64,000 nt of DNA from an uncultured Acidimicrobiales bacterium (GCA_938015295.1 CALLQB010000005.1:1-64000); one strand, 5' to 3'. Shown: positions 35,941 to 45,440, counted from the first letter of the stretch. The notes: generated from the letters alone by a model not told the origin. Program-made: numbers and translations.

Positions 35941-36738
35941 TTAGGCCGGGGTGCAGTTCCAGGTCCAGTTGCGAACGTCGACGGTGTGGGTCGGCGCTGA
36001 GGCAGCTGATCCCGGATCAAGGCTGATTGCCTCGACCTGCAGGCGGGCGGCGGTTTCTGTTCCCCAATAATCGGGCTTCTGGCGGCGCGTATACGCCGAG
36101 GAAATTTCCTGTCCGTCGAGCAACAGAGTTGCCTCGTTGCGGTTGTGGTCGATACTCGCTTCGAAGGTGTGCCAGGCGTTGTCAGGTTCGATGAAGCCGG
36201 TGGTACGCCATGCGGCGTTGCTCATCGACCAGGTCTGAATCGATCCAAACTTGGGGTCCCACGGGTTCAGCACCCACTGAAATCCAAGCCCATAGTCGCG
36301 ACGAGTTGCGCCGCCGTCCCAGACAAAGAGGCCGCCTTCGACCGTTTGGGCTTTGACGCCCGGGTTGGTTGGCGTGTCGAGGTTTGGCATGCGAAATTCG
36401 TAGCTGCAATCGTGGATGTAGTCGAACAGCGTGTCGTCGATGAGTCGGTTGAAGGCAATGTTGTGGGCCATAATCGGGCGCTGGTTCACGTTTGCCAACA
36501 GGGCGCTATGCGTGCCGTAGTCGATGGTTGCCATGTCGCCGATGGCGACAGCGGCTACACCCGGACGGGCGTAAATGCCATCGCCCACGACGGTTTCCCA
36601 GCCAGCAAGGTCAGTGCCAGAGAGGCTCATGGGCGACAGGGCTGCGGTGGTTTCTTGAGCCAACGCACGGTCCATGCTCAGCGTGGTTGCGCTGAGTGTT
36701 GTTGCACCCATTACTCCGAGGAAGGTTCTGCGATTCAT
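35941..36738 (-). CDS. Tat-secreted hypothetical protein (beta-rich)
   Basis: ORF trimmed to the ATG at 36738, preceded by a GGAG ribosome-binding site. Twin-arginine signal MNRRTFLGVMGATTLSATTL…ALA. Confidence 0.6.
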   Translation of the reverse strand: MNRRTFLGVMGATTLSATTLSMDRALAQETTAALSPMSLSGTDLAGWETVVGDGIYARPGVAAVAIGDMATIDYGTHSALLANVNQRPIMAHNIAFNRLIDDTLFDYIHDCSYEFRMPNLDTPTNPGVKAQTVEGGLFVWDGGATRRDYGLGFQWVLNPWDPKFGSIQTWSMSNAAWRTTGFIEPDNAWHTFEASIDHNRNEATLLLDGQEISSAYTRRQKPDYWGTETAARLQVEAISLDPGSAASAPTHTVDVRNWTWNCTPA

Positions 36739-36851
36739 AGTTTGACTCCTGCTGCACTGGTGGATTCTTGGTTGTTGTTGACACACAACATTCATGACAA
36801 GCGTGCAAATAGTGTCGGACCCCCCAGCTGGTTTCTTCAGTCAGGGTTTGG

Positions 36852-37109
36852 TCAAGAAACCGCTTTCCTCGCCAAGCGCCGCAACGGTGGCTCAGTTTTG
36901 GGAGGTTGTTTTCGGGGCGGAAGTTCGTGCAACAGATCGTGCGTAGCTGCAGCAATGAGGCTCACCGCCCGCTCAAAAGCTTCCTCGGTGGCTACAGATG
37001 TTTTCTGGACCCCGCTGACTTTGCGGCAGTATTGCCTGGCTGCCGCCGCGATCTCCTCGTCGGTAGCCGTAGGTTCTAACCCACGTAACGTGGTGATGTT
37101 TCTGCACAT
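36852..37109 (-). CDS. DUF2277-like small protein
   Basis: 85 aa starting MCRNITTLRGLEPTATDEEIAAAARQYCRKVSG, the characteristic N-terminus of actinobacterial DUF2277 proteins. Confidence 0.55.
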   Translation of the reverse strand: MCRNITTLRGLEPTATDEEIAAAARQYCRKVSGVQKTSVATEEAFERAVSLIAAATHDLLHELPPRKQPPKTEPPLRRLARKAVS

Positions 37110-37141
37110 GGTGCTCCCTCTCCGGATCTCTCTGAATCTCT

Positions 37142-38593
37142 GTGGATGCTCGCTACGTGTCTGCGAGGCGTGTACTCGAAGAGGGTTGCAGGTCGACGTG
37201 GCATCGTAAAGACGCCGTGAGCAGGCCAGGCCGAAACAAGGTTGGTACGATAGGCAGACCTATTCACACCATCACGGGACCGCTTACCTCCTCCTGCGTC
37301 AACGATTGGGATTTCCGGTTGCTCGAAACCGACAAGATCGACGAACTTCTCGCCCGGTACACCGCTGCCGAGGCGCGAATCGCGGCCAACCTTCTAGAAC
37401 TCGACGAACACCCGACATTTAAAATTTTGGCTGGCGGAGGGCTTCGAGGAGCGACGTTGGCCAAGGTCGGCTCGGCGATGGAACGGTCGCCCGACTTGTG
37501 GCGTTGGCTCTCGCAGTTGCAGCGCGTCTTGGCTGACGCGCGCGATATCCGCGACGACGGCCGCATGAACTCCGAGCGACGGGCCCGCATCACCGAGCTG
37601 CTAACCGGGCGATCGATTCTGCTGCATGTCGACGAAAGGTCGCTGGCCCAACGTGGCCTGCTCGATGCCGGACAGACGAACGTTCGGAGCACGATCGAAC
37701 ATCTGTTGGCGCAAATGCGCGAGGCCTACGAACCTATTCGCGACGGTGTCGCAGCGGTCGACCAGGTCTGGACCGAGGTTGTGCCCCGCACCGATAGCGG
37801 CGCCACGACGCTACAGCGCCTTCAGGCCGAGGCCGATCGTTTGGGGTTGCGCGAACCGACTCTTTCGGTGCTGGACCGACGCCTGTCAGAGGTGCGGTCG
37901 GCGCTGGCCGAGGATCCTCTTTCGCTCAGCGGCACCTTTGCTGCCGATCTCGAGACGTTGGTGGGTGATGCCACACGGCAGATGGCGAGCATCGCCCGCG
38001 GCTACGACGAGCTCGACGGCGACATTGCTGCGACCGAGACGCAGCTCGCCGAGCTGCGCGTCTTGCGAAATCGGGCCGCCGCTGCTCACACGCAGTCTTC
38101 GACAAAGATCAAACGGGCAGACAATCTTGTACACACGCCCGACGTGGCGATTATCGATGGGGCCGGAGGCCTCGCTTCATTGGCTGATGCCATTCGGGCT
38201 GATGCCTCGTCGAACTGGCAGCAGAAACGGCAGCAACTCGACGCGTGGATGGCGAAAACCATTGCGTTGCGCGAGCAACTCACGAGAGCCTATGACCTCA
38301 ACGTCGCTCCGTTGCGCAAGCGAGACGAGCTTCGCGGCTTGTTGGCGGCGTATTGGGCCAAGGCCGCAGCGCTAGGCCGTGCTGAAGAGGCGTCGCTCTC
38401 CGATCTGCACGACGACGCCCACAACGAGCTTTTCACCTCGCCGACCGATCTTGATCGTGCGAGCATGCTGGTGGGTACTTTCGGAACCGCACTGCGGGTT
38501 CGAGGCGCCGACACCTCGCCACCCGCCAGTGCCTCACAAAACAGTGCCTCACAAAACAGTGCCTCAGAAAACAGTGCCTCAGGAGACCTCTGA
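37142..38593 (+). CDS. coiled-coil hypothetical protein, first gene of the zinc-ribbon kinase/phosphatase operon
   Basis: Long Arg/Ala/Leu/Glu-rich helical protein. C-terminal SASQNSASQNSASENSAS encoded by a 15-bp tandem repeat. Stop overlaps the kinase start (ATGA). True start uncertain. Confidence 0.55.
   Translation: MDARYVSARRVLEEGCRSTWHRKDAVSRPGRNKVGTIGRPIHTITGPLTSSCVNDWDFRLLETDKIDELLARYTAAEARIAANLLELDEHPTFKILAGGGLRGATLAKVGSAMERSPDLWRWLSQLQRVLADARDIRDDGRMNSERRARITELLTGRSILLHVDERSLAQRGLLDAGQTNVRSTIEHLLAQMREAYEPIRDGVAAVDQVWTEVVPRTDSGATTLQRLQAEADRLGLREPTLSVLDRRLSEVRSALAEDPLSLSGTFAADLETLVGDATRQMASIARGYDELDGDIAATETQLAELRVLRNRAAAAHTQSSTKIKRADNLVHTPDVAIIDGAGGLASLADAIRADASSNWQQKRQQLDAWMAKTIALREQLTRAYDLNVAPLRKRDELRGLLAAYWAKAAALGRAEEASLSDLHDDAHNELFTSPTDLDRASMLVGTFGTALRVRGADTSPPASASQNSASQNSASENSASGDL
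38531..38590 (+). repeat. 15-bp tandem repeat (4 units) encoding SASQN repeats and supplying the kinase ribosome-binding site
   Basis: gcctcacaaaacagt x2, gcctcagaaaacagt, gcctcaggagacctc. Confidence 0.9.
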
Positions 38594-41022
38594 TGACCGC
38601 GTGTAGCGTCACCGCCGGTTGTGCCGGCTCAATCGCCGCCGATGGGTATTGCGATACCTGTGGGGCGAAGGCGGTCGCGTCGACTGCGCAGCCGAGCCCC
38701 GCGCCTGCTGCAGTCGTCGCTGCTCAGCCGGGCAACGCCTGCACCCAGCAAGGGTGCGGCGGCACGGTTGCCACCGATGGGTACTGCGACACCTGCGGCC
38801 TCGCCTCCGCCCCGGCCGCAGCGACCGGTCAGACCACCCACCCTGCGCCTGCTTCGGCGGTGTCGATCGCCGCTCCAACCGCTCCGGGAACCGCGTCGCA
38901 ACGGTCAGGCTCAACGGCTTCGACCCGCAGGTCGAGTTCGACCCGGCGCACGGGTATAACACGCGAGCGACTCGGCATGGGACTCGTCGCAGTCGCCCCC
39001 ACGCCCGAAGGCGACCCTGCGGCTGCACTCATGTCAGCGGAAAAAGTGCAGGGAGTTCTCGGCGAGGTGCCCGAAGAAAAACGGGTGTGCACCACCTGCG
39101 GAAACGAGGTCGGCCGCACCACCGAGAACCGCCCTGGTCGGGTGCAGGGGTTCTGCGGCAGCTGCCGTACGCCCTTTAACTTCACCACCAACGCGCCAAC
39201 CCTGAAACAGGGCGACTTGGTTGGGGGGCAATACAAAATTCTCGGCCCACTTGCCCACGGCGGTATGGGCTGGATCTATCTCGGGCAGGACACAGCGGTA
39301 TCCAATCGCTGGGTCGTTCTCAAAGGCTTGCTCAACAGCGACGATGCCGATGCCGCTGCCTCGGCGGTCGCAGAACGGCAGTTCCTCGCCCGCATCGAAC
39401 ACGGCAGCATTGTCAACATTTACAACTTTGTTACCCATGCTGGTGCCGGCTACATCGTTATGGAGTACGTCGGAGGCGAATCGCTCAACTCGAAGCTGAA
39501 GGATCGCCGGCGGGCAAACGGCGGGGTTCCTGACCCGCTCCCGGTTACCGATGCGATCGCCTACATACTCGGCATCCTTCCGGCTTTGGGTTACCTGCAC
39601 GACTCAGGCCTTGTCTACAACGACCTGAAGCCGGCGAACATCATGAGTGTCGGCGACGGCGTCAAGCTCATCGATGTCGGTGGCGTCATGCAGATCGACG
39701 ATGTCGACGCTGCGATCTTTGGCACCCGCGGTTTTCAGGCGCCCGAGGTGGCGACTATGGGCCCGTCGGTAGCGTCGGACATCTTCACCGTTGGTCGGAC
39801 ATTGGCGGTAATGATTCTCGACTTCGTGTTCCATAAAGGAACCTTTGAGTACGCGCTTCCGGGCTCGGCTGCCGAGCCCCTCTTTGCGCAGTGGGAATCA
39901 CTGCACCGGTTCCTTCTCAAGGCCACTGCGGCACACCCTGACGATCGGTTCCAGAATGCCGACGAGATGGCGCTGCAGCTTGCTGGTGTTCTTCGTGAAA
40001 TTGTCGCTATTACGCAAAAGAGCCCCCGTCCGGTGCCGAGCGAGTTCTTTGAGGGCGACCGGCTCGCGACCTTGTTGCTCGAAGCCGACGACAACCTGTT
40101 GGTCGATACGCCGGAATGGCGAGTGCTTCCTCACCCCAAAGTTGATCCTGCCGACCCAGCGGCCGCCTTTCTGATCGACATCGAAGACGTCGAGCCGGCT
40201 CGGGCTATCGAACTGGTACGCGACGGCATGAGCGCTGGCACTGTTCCCGATACCCGCGAGGTCAGGTTCCGCATCGTGCGGGCATTGCTTGAAGCTGGTG
40301 GCGCCGCCGTGCAACAGGTTGGTCCGGCTATCGACCAGATCGAGCTCGAAGACCCCTGGGACTGGCGGGTCGATTGGTTCCGCGGCCTCCTACTTCTTGA
40401 AACCGGCGACCCACAGGCCGCGGCCGAGAAGTTCAGCCGGGTCTGGACCGATATTCCTGGTGAGGTCGCGCCAAAGGTGGCCGTGGCGCTTGCGGCCGAA
40501 CGAGCCGGCGAGTTCGCACGGGCCGCCGATCTTTATGGGATGGCAGCCTCGATCGACTCGACCTTTGTTTCCGCGCCCTTTGGGCTCGCTAGGTGCCGGG
40601 CGGCCCAAGGCGACCGGGCTGGCGCCGTCGCTGCCTACCGGCAGGTTCCGCCAAGCTCGGCGGCCTTCTCAGGAGCTCAGGTCGAGTCGGCTCGAACTCT
40701 TGCTGGAGCCCGTAGTACCGAGATTCCGTCGTCGGGCGAACTCGAAGCCGCCGCGCACACCATCGAGCAACTTCAGATCGACAACGCGGCGCGGGCGTCG
40801 TTGGCGGCGGAGGTTCTCGAGCGAGCGCTTGCGGCGATGGGCAGCGGTCAGCTGGCTCCCGATGCGTCGAAGAAGCTTTTTGGGCGCGGGCTTACCGAAA
40901 TTGACCTTCGTGCACAGCTCGAATCGGTGTACCGAGAGCAGGCCAGGCTGGCGCCAAACGAGACCGAGCGGTTTGCTCTGGTCGACAAGGCCAACCTCGT
41001 TCGCCCTCGGAGCTTGATCTGA
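38593..41022 (+). CDS. Ser/Thr protein kinase with two N-terminal zinc ribbons and a C-terminal TPR-like helical domain
   Basis: 809 aa. Two CxxC…CxxC ribbons (CAGSIAADGYCDTCG; CGGTVATDGYCDTCG), Ser/Thr-rich linker, kinase core (GxG loop AHGGMGW, VVLKGL lysine, catalytic loop LVYNDLKPANIM, DVG, QAPEV), then helical repeats. Confidence 0.85.
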   Translation: MTACSVTAGCAGSIAADGYCDTCGAKAVASTAQPSPAPAAVVAAQPGNACTQQGCGGTVATDGYCDTCGLASAPAAATGQTTHPAPASAVSIAAPTAPGTASQRSGSTASTRRSSSTRRTGITRERLGMGLVAVAPTPEGDPAAALMSAEKVQGVLGEVPEEKRVCTTCGNEVGRTTENRPGRVQGFCGSCRTPFNFTTNAPTLKQGDLVGGQYKILGPLAHGGMGWIYLGQDTAVSNRWVVLKGLLNSDDADAAASAVAERQFLARIEHGSIVNIYNFVTHAGAGYIVMEYVGGESLNSKLKDRRRANGGVPDPLPVTDAIAYILGILPALGYLHDSGLVYNDLKPANIMSVGDGVKLIDVGGVMQIDDVDAAIFGTRGFQAPEVATMGPSVASDIFTVGRTLAVMILDFVFHKGTFEYALPGSAAEPLFAQWESLHRFLLKATAAHPDDRFQNADEMALQLAGVLREIVAITQKSPRPVPSEFFEGDRLATLLLEADDNLLVDTPEWRVLPHPKVDPADPAAAFLIDIEDVEPARAIELVRDGMSAGTVPDTREVRFRIVRALLEAGGAAVQQVGPAIDQIELEDPWDWRVDWFRGLLLLETGDPQAAAEKFSRVWTDIPGEVAPKVAVALAAERAGEFARAADLYGMAASIDSTFVSAPFGLARCRAAQGDRAGAVAAYRQVPPSSAAFSGAQVESARTLAGARSTEIPSSGELEAAAHTIEQLQIDNAARASLAAEVLERALAAMGSGQLAPDASKKLFGRGLTEIDLRAQLESVYREQARLAPNETERFALVDKANLVRPRSLI

Positions 41023-42158
41023 TGGCAATGGCTTGTCCGAACTGTGGCGAGGTTGCCGTCGATGGTGCTCAGTGGTGCGAGGCTTGTGGCGCCGATCTCG
41101 ACGGGACGGCCGAGACCGCCTTGTCGACGGCATCGAGTTCACCTTGCATTAGCTGTGCGGCACCCAGCACCGATATTGCGGCCGACGGGTACTGTGGCCA
41201 CTGTGGCGCCAAGCAGCCCGACCCACGCGATCATCTCGAAGTCGACCTCGGCTGGCTGGTGATGGTGACCGACCGCGGAAAACGTCACCATCAAAACGAA
41301 GATTTCGGCGCGGTGGTTGCGGTTGATGGCAACTCGGCCCTTGTGGTTTGTGATGGTGTGTCGAGCACCGATAATCCCGAGCAGGCCTCCGCGGTGGCCA
41401 CCGAGGCAGCGATAGCTGTTTTGGAGCAGGCGTTGCGGGGTAGTGATGCCGATCTTCAGCAAGCCGATCTTCAGCAAGCAATGTCTGCGGCTATCGGTGC
41501 TGCCCAGGAGGCTGCGCTCACGGTGCCGACGAAGCCGGGCGGCAAAGGTTCGCCATCGTGCACGTTTGTTGCTTCGGTCGCTCGTGCTTCAGACGATGGC
41601 ATCACCGCAACGATTGGTTGGTTGGGCGACAGCCGCGCGTACTGGATCGATGAAGCGGGCCAGGCTACCCAGCTCACCTCTGATCATTCGTGGGCGAACG
41701 AGCAGGTGCGCGCTGGCGCAATGACCTCCGAACAGGCTGCGGCCGACCGTCGGGCCCACACCATTACCCGGTGGCTCGGCGACGACGCCGACGGTCTCGA
41801 AGCAGAGCTTGTCGATAGCCAGTTCGGTAACGGCTGGTTGCTGCTCTGCACCGATGGATTATGGAACTACGCGCCTGATGATGCTTCGATGACGACACAA
41901 ATCGCTGCACATCGTGGCGACACGTTGCTTACCACCGCACAAAATCTGGTGAACTTTGCGCTTGAGTCTGGCGGTCACGACAACACGACGGTCGCGATCG
42001 CCGACCACACGCTTGTTGCTGAAACCCCTGTTGCTGAAACCCCTGTTGCTGAACCTGCTGTTCCTGTACCCGCATCCACTCCGACTTCTACGGACGAAGC
42101 TGTAGTCACGTCGGAAAATGAGACCGAACCGGTCGACGAGAAAAGAGACCTGTCTTGA
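41022..42158 (+). CDS. PP2C-family Ser/Thr phosphatase with N-terminal double zinc ribbon
   Basis: 378 aa. CPNCGEVAVDGAQWCEACG and CISCAAPSTDIAADGYCGHCG ribbons, then the PP2C core (RHHQNEDF…VCDGVSS…DNTTV). Confidence 0.85.
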   Translation: MAMACPNCGEVAVDGAQWCEACGADLDGTAETALSTASSSPCISCAAPSTDIAADGYCGHCGAKQPDPRDHLEVDLGWLVMVTDRGKRHHQNEDFGAVVAVDGNSALVVCDGVSSTDNPEQASAVATEAAIAVLEQALRGSDADLQQADLQQAMSAAIGAAQEAALTVPTKPGGKGSPSCTFVASVARASDDGITATIGWLGDSRAYWIDEAGQATQLTSDHSWANEQVRAGAMTSEQAAADRRAHTITRWLGDDADGLEAELVDSQFGNGWLLLCTDGLWNYAPDDASMTTQIAAHRGDTLLTTAQNLVNFALESGGHDNTTVAIADHTLVAETPVAETPVAEPAVPVPASTPTSTDEAVVTSENETEPVDEKRDLS

Positions 42159-43447
42159 CTGACTTCCGTGCTGATGTGTTCCAAAACGAATACCTGCCAG
42201 ATGGCGGCGACGTTGTTGATGCCGTCGTAACCGTCACGGCGTCTGGCGGTGATGGCACCGTCGCAGCTGCGGCGGCGGGCCAAGAACGAGTCGAGGTCAT
42301 CGTCATCGACTGTTCAGGTTCGATGAACGAAGACGGCGGCGCGAAGATTCGTGCTGCTCGTCAGGCAACGATGACGGCGATCGACACATTGAGCGACGGC
42401 ACGTTGTTTGCTGTCGTCGCCGGTGTCGATGGTGCATATGCGCTCTATCCCCAGCAAGCCGGCTCGGTCGAACGTGCTTCGGCCCAAACCAAAGCACAGG
42501 CCAAAGAGGTGGTGTCGCAGGTGCGAGCCAAGGGCGGAACCGCAATCGGTACTTGGCTCCTCGCAGCAGGCGGCATTTTCAACTCGGTGCCGAACTCGAT
42601 CAACCACTGCATCCTGCTTACCGATGGCAAGAACCAGAGTGAAAGCGACCGGGCACTCAACACCGCCATCTCGCAGTGTGTCGGATTGTTTCAGTGCGAT
42701 GCGCGAGGTCTCGGCACCGACTGGAACATCGATGAGTTGCGTCGGATTTCGACAGCGCTGCTCGGAACCGTCGACATCATCCCGAGCCCCGATCAGATGG
42801 AGGCTGAGTTTCGAGCGCTGACCGAAGCGGCGATGGGTAAAGAGGTCGGTGATGTTGCGCTTCGGTTGTGGACTCCGCAAGGCTCGAACCTCGAGTTTGT
42901 GAAGCAGGTCGCACCAAATATCGACGATCTCACCCCCAAAGGGGTACCGGTCAAGGCGCTCACCAACGACTACCCGCTTGGCGCGTGGAGCGGCGACGAG
43001 TCACGTGATTATCACGTTCGCATCCGGATCCCGGTGGGGTCGGTGGGCGAAGAACGGCTCGGAGCGCGCGTCATGTTGGTCATCGATGGTGTCGAGCAAC
43101 CCAGCGCGCTTGTGCGCGCTATCTGGACCGACGACGAGGTGCTTTCTACCCGCATCAACCGGGAGGTCGCGCACTACACCGGCCAGGCCGAGCTCGCCGA
43201 TGTTATCGCTGACGGCTTGGCAGCTCGACAGGCGGGCGACGGCGACACCGCAACAATGAAACTGGGCCGTGCCGTGCAACTCGCCCACGAAGCAGGCAAC
43301 GGCGACACCGTGAAACTGCTCGAGAAGGTCGTTGATGTCGAGGACCCGGCTACGGGGACTGTTCGGCTGAAACGTCAAGTTGAGGATGCCGACGCAATGG
43401 CCCTCGATGTGCGGTCGACCCGTACTGTGCGAGTGAACAAGCAGTAA
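42155..43447 (+). CDS. von Willebrand factor A (vWA) domain protein, TerY-like
   Basis: 430 aa. TTG start overlapping the phosphatase stop. MIDAS motif VIVIDCSGSM…T…D. Confidence 0.8.
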   Translation: MTDFRADVFQNEYLPDGGDVVDAVVTVTASGGDGTVAAAAAGQERVEVIVIDCSGSMNEDGGAKIRAARQATMTAIDTLSDGTLFAVVAGVDGAYALYPQQAGSVERASAQTKAQAKEVVSQVRAKGGTAIGTWLLAAGGIFNSVPNSINHCILLTDGKNQSESDRALNTAISQCVGLFQCDARGLGTDWNIDELRRISTALLGTVDIIPSPDQMEAEFRALTEAAMGKEVGDVALRLWTPQGSNLEFVKQVAPNIDDLTPKGVPVKALTNDYPLGAWSGDESRDYHVRIRIPVGSVGEERLGARVMLVIDGVEQPSALVRAIWTDDEVLSTRINREVAHYTGQAELADVIADGLAARQAGDGDTATMKLGRAVQLAHEAGNGDTVKLLEKVVDVEDPATGTVRLKRQVEDADAMALDVRSTRTVRVNKQ

Positions 43448-43475
43448 CAACCGAAGTTTCTCGAAAGGCATCACG

Positions 43476-44201
43476 ATGGCAACCTGTCCGAACGGTCACG
43501 ACTCCACCTGGGATGATTATTGCTCGTCATGCGGCACGGCGATGGCTGGCGCTACTGCTGCCGCAGCCGCCCCGCCTGATGCTCCGTCTCCCGATGGTGG
43601 TGCAGCTTCGCCCGCAGATGGGTCGCAGTGTCCGAACTGTAACGAGGCCCACGGGCCAGCCGATGTGTTTTGCGAGAACTGTGGCTATGACTTTCTGGCC
43701 GGAAGCATGCCCGGCGGACTGCCCGAGCCAGATCCAGCCGTGGCCGGTCCGGCCGCTGCGCTTGCCGCAGCCGAGCGCGACGGCACCAACAGCGACACAC
43801 CAAAAGGTGCGGCTTGGAAGCTTGTGGTGTCGACCAACCGCTCATACTTCGACCGGATGTCTGCCGACAGCCAACTCGACTTTCCCGACCCTGCGCCGGA
43901 GATCGTCGAGATCGCACTGACGGTCGAACAGGCATTGGTTGGCCGGCGAAGTGACAGCCGGGGTGTGTTTCCTGAAGTGGATATTTTATCGATCACCGGC
44001 GATCCGGCGGTTTCGACTCGACACGCGATGCTCGAACGCCAGGCCGACGGCAGCTACACGCTGACCGATCTCGATTCGACAAACGGCACCTACCTCGGCG
44101 GTGCCGAAAAGGGCCTCGATGCAGGGGTTTCGTCGTCGCTCGCCGACGGCGATGTGGTCAACGTTGGCGCGTGGACGCAGCTCGAGTTGCGCATCGTGTA
44201 G
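43476..44201 (+). CDS. FHA domain protein with N-terminal double zinc ribbon
   Basis: 241 aa. CPNGHDSTWDDYCSSCG and CPNCNEAHGPADVFCENCG ribbons. C-terminal FHA core (…GRRSD…STRHAML…YTLTDLDSTNGTYL…). Confidence 0.8.
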   Translation: MATCPNGHDSTWDDYCSSCGTAMAGATAAAAAPPDAPSPDGGAASPADGSQCPNCNEAHGPADVFCENCGYDFLAGSMPGGLPEPDPAVAGPAAALAAAERDGTNSDTPKGAAWKLVVSTNRSYFDRMSADSQLDFPDPAPEIVEIALTVEQALVGRRSDSRGVFPEVDILSITGDPAVSTRHAMLERQADGSYTLTDLDSTNGTYLGGAEKGLDAGVSSSLADGDVVNVGAWTQLELRIV

Positions 44202-44312
44202 CGCGCTTTTGGTGGTCAGGTACCACCTGGCTGGCGGCAACAAACCCTCGCTTGTTGGTAAAGATTCCCTCTTTCTTTTGGAACTTACCTAACCGATGAT
44301 CCCGTTGAGTTC

Positions 44313-45440
44313 GTGTACCTCAGGCATCTGCGCCTGGGAAATTTCGAACGGAAAGAGAACATCGTGATCCCCCAAGTAGACCCTTCAGAACCACCCGCAG
44401 CGAAGCGCAGGTCACAGAAGAAGCTGGCGACCATGCTCCTGTCCTTCGGTGTGCTCGCCGCCGCCTGCGGATCCGACGCTGTGACCGAAACCGGAACCTC
44501 CGATGGCGCCGACGCTTCGGCAGAGGTCGTCGAGGAAGCCATGGCGGACGAGGCGATGGAAGAGGAAGCCATGGAAGAAGACGCCATGGAGGAAGACGCC
44601 ATGGAAGAAGAGGCAATGGACGACGCAGCCGGCACACTCGAGCTGAGCTTCGCCGGTCTTGAACCGCTCGCAAACGGTGTGCACTACGAAGGCTGGATCG
44701 TCGTCGACGGCGCCCCCGTCAGCACAGGGAACTTCAACGTCGATGGCGACGGCACACTGATTGATCTCGACGGCAACCCGATCGACACTCCGTTCTCGGC
44801 GGTGCACACCGACCGAGCCGAAGCCGTCGTGATCTCCATCGAACCCGCCGACGATGCAGACCCTGGGCCGTCAGCCATCAAGGTCCTCGGTGGCGATGTC
44901 GTCGAAGGCCAAGCCGAACTCACCACGGCGCACGCGGCAGCAATTGGCACCGACTTTGCGGATGCAGCAGGGGTCTACATCTTGGGCACACCAACCACTA
45001 CAGCTACCGACGACGAACTTTCGGGTGTCTGGTTCATCGGACTCGACGGCGGCGCGGTGCAAGGTCTCGACCTCCCGACGCTCAACGAAGGCTGGGTCTA
45101 TGAGGGCTGGGCTGTTATCGATGGTGTTCCAGTATCGACGGGTCGATTCACCGACCCGGCCGGCGCCGATGACTTCGCCGGGTTCTCCGGCACCGACGCC
45201 AGCGGACCGGCCTTTCCCGGTGAGGATTTCATCGTCAACGCTCCCGACGGCGTTACCTTCCCAGCCGATCTCCGTGATGGTGTGGTGGTCATCAGCGTCG
45301 AACCCATCGATGACGACAGCCCGGCTCCCTTCGCCCTGAAGCCGCTGGTCAGCGAAGTCACCGATGGTATTGGCGATCACGAAGTACAGCAGTTCGGTCA
45401 GGGTCCGGCGGCCATCACCGGCACCGCGACGCTCGGCTAA
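44313..45440 (+). CDS. lipoprotein with acidic AMEE repeats and an internally duplicated beta-rich domain
   Basis: Lipobox LAAAC|GS. 15-bp-periodic repeat encoding EEAMEEDAMEEDAMEEEAMDD. Two homologous ~100-aa modules (…YEGWIVVDGAPVSTGNF… / …YEGWAVIDGVPVSTGRF…). The true start is probably downstream of 44313. Confidence 0.6.
   Translation: MYLRHLRLGNFERKENIVIPQVDPSEPPAAKRRSQKKLATMLLSFGVLAAACGSDAVTETGTSDGADASAEVVEEAMADEAMEEEAMEEDAMEEDAMEEEAMDDAAGTLELSFAGLEPLANGVHYEGWIVVDGAPVSTGNFNVDGDGTLIDLDGNPIDTPFSAVHTDRAEAVVISIEPADDADPGPSAIKVLGGDVVEGQAELTTAHAAAIGTDFADAAGVYILGTPTTTATDDELSGVWFIGLDGGAVQGLDLPTLNEGWVYEGWAVIDGVPVSTGRFTDPAGADDFAGFSGTDASGPAFPGEDFIVNAPDGVTFPADLRDGVVVISVEPIDDDSPAPFALKPLVSEVTDGIGDHEVQQFGQGPAAITGTATLG
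44535..44630 (+). repeat. 15-bp-periodic coding repeat (gcc atg ga(a/g) ga(a/g) ga(c/g)) encoding AMEE[DE] x6
   Basis: Located in the N-terminal region of the lipoprotein gene. Confidence 0.85.

Noticed and set aside
36145-37209. 354-aa plus-strand ORF
   Set aside because: It overlaps, antisense, both the Tat-secreted protein gene and the DUF2277 gene. It has no ribosome-binding site or family features.
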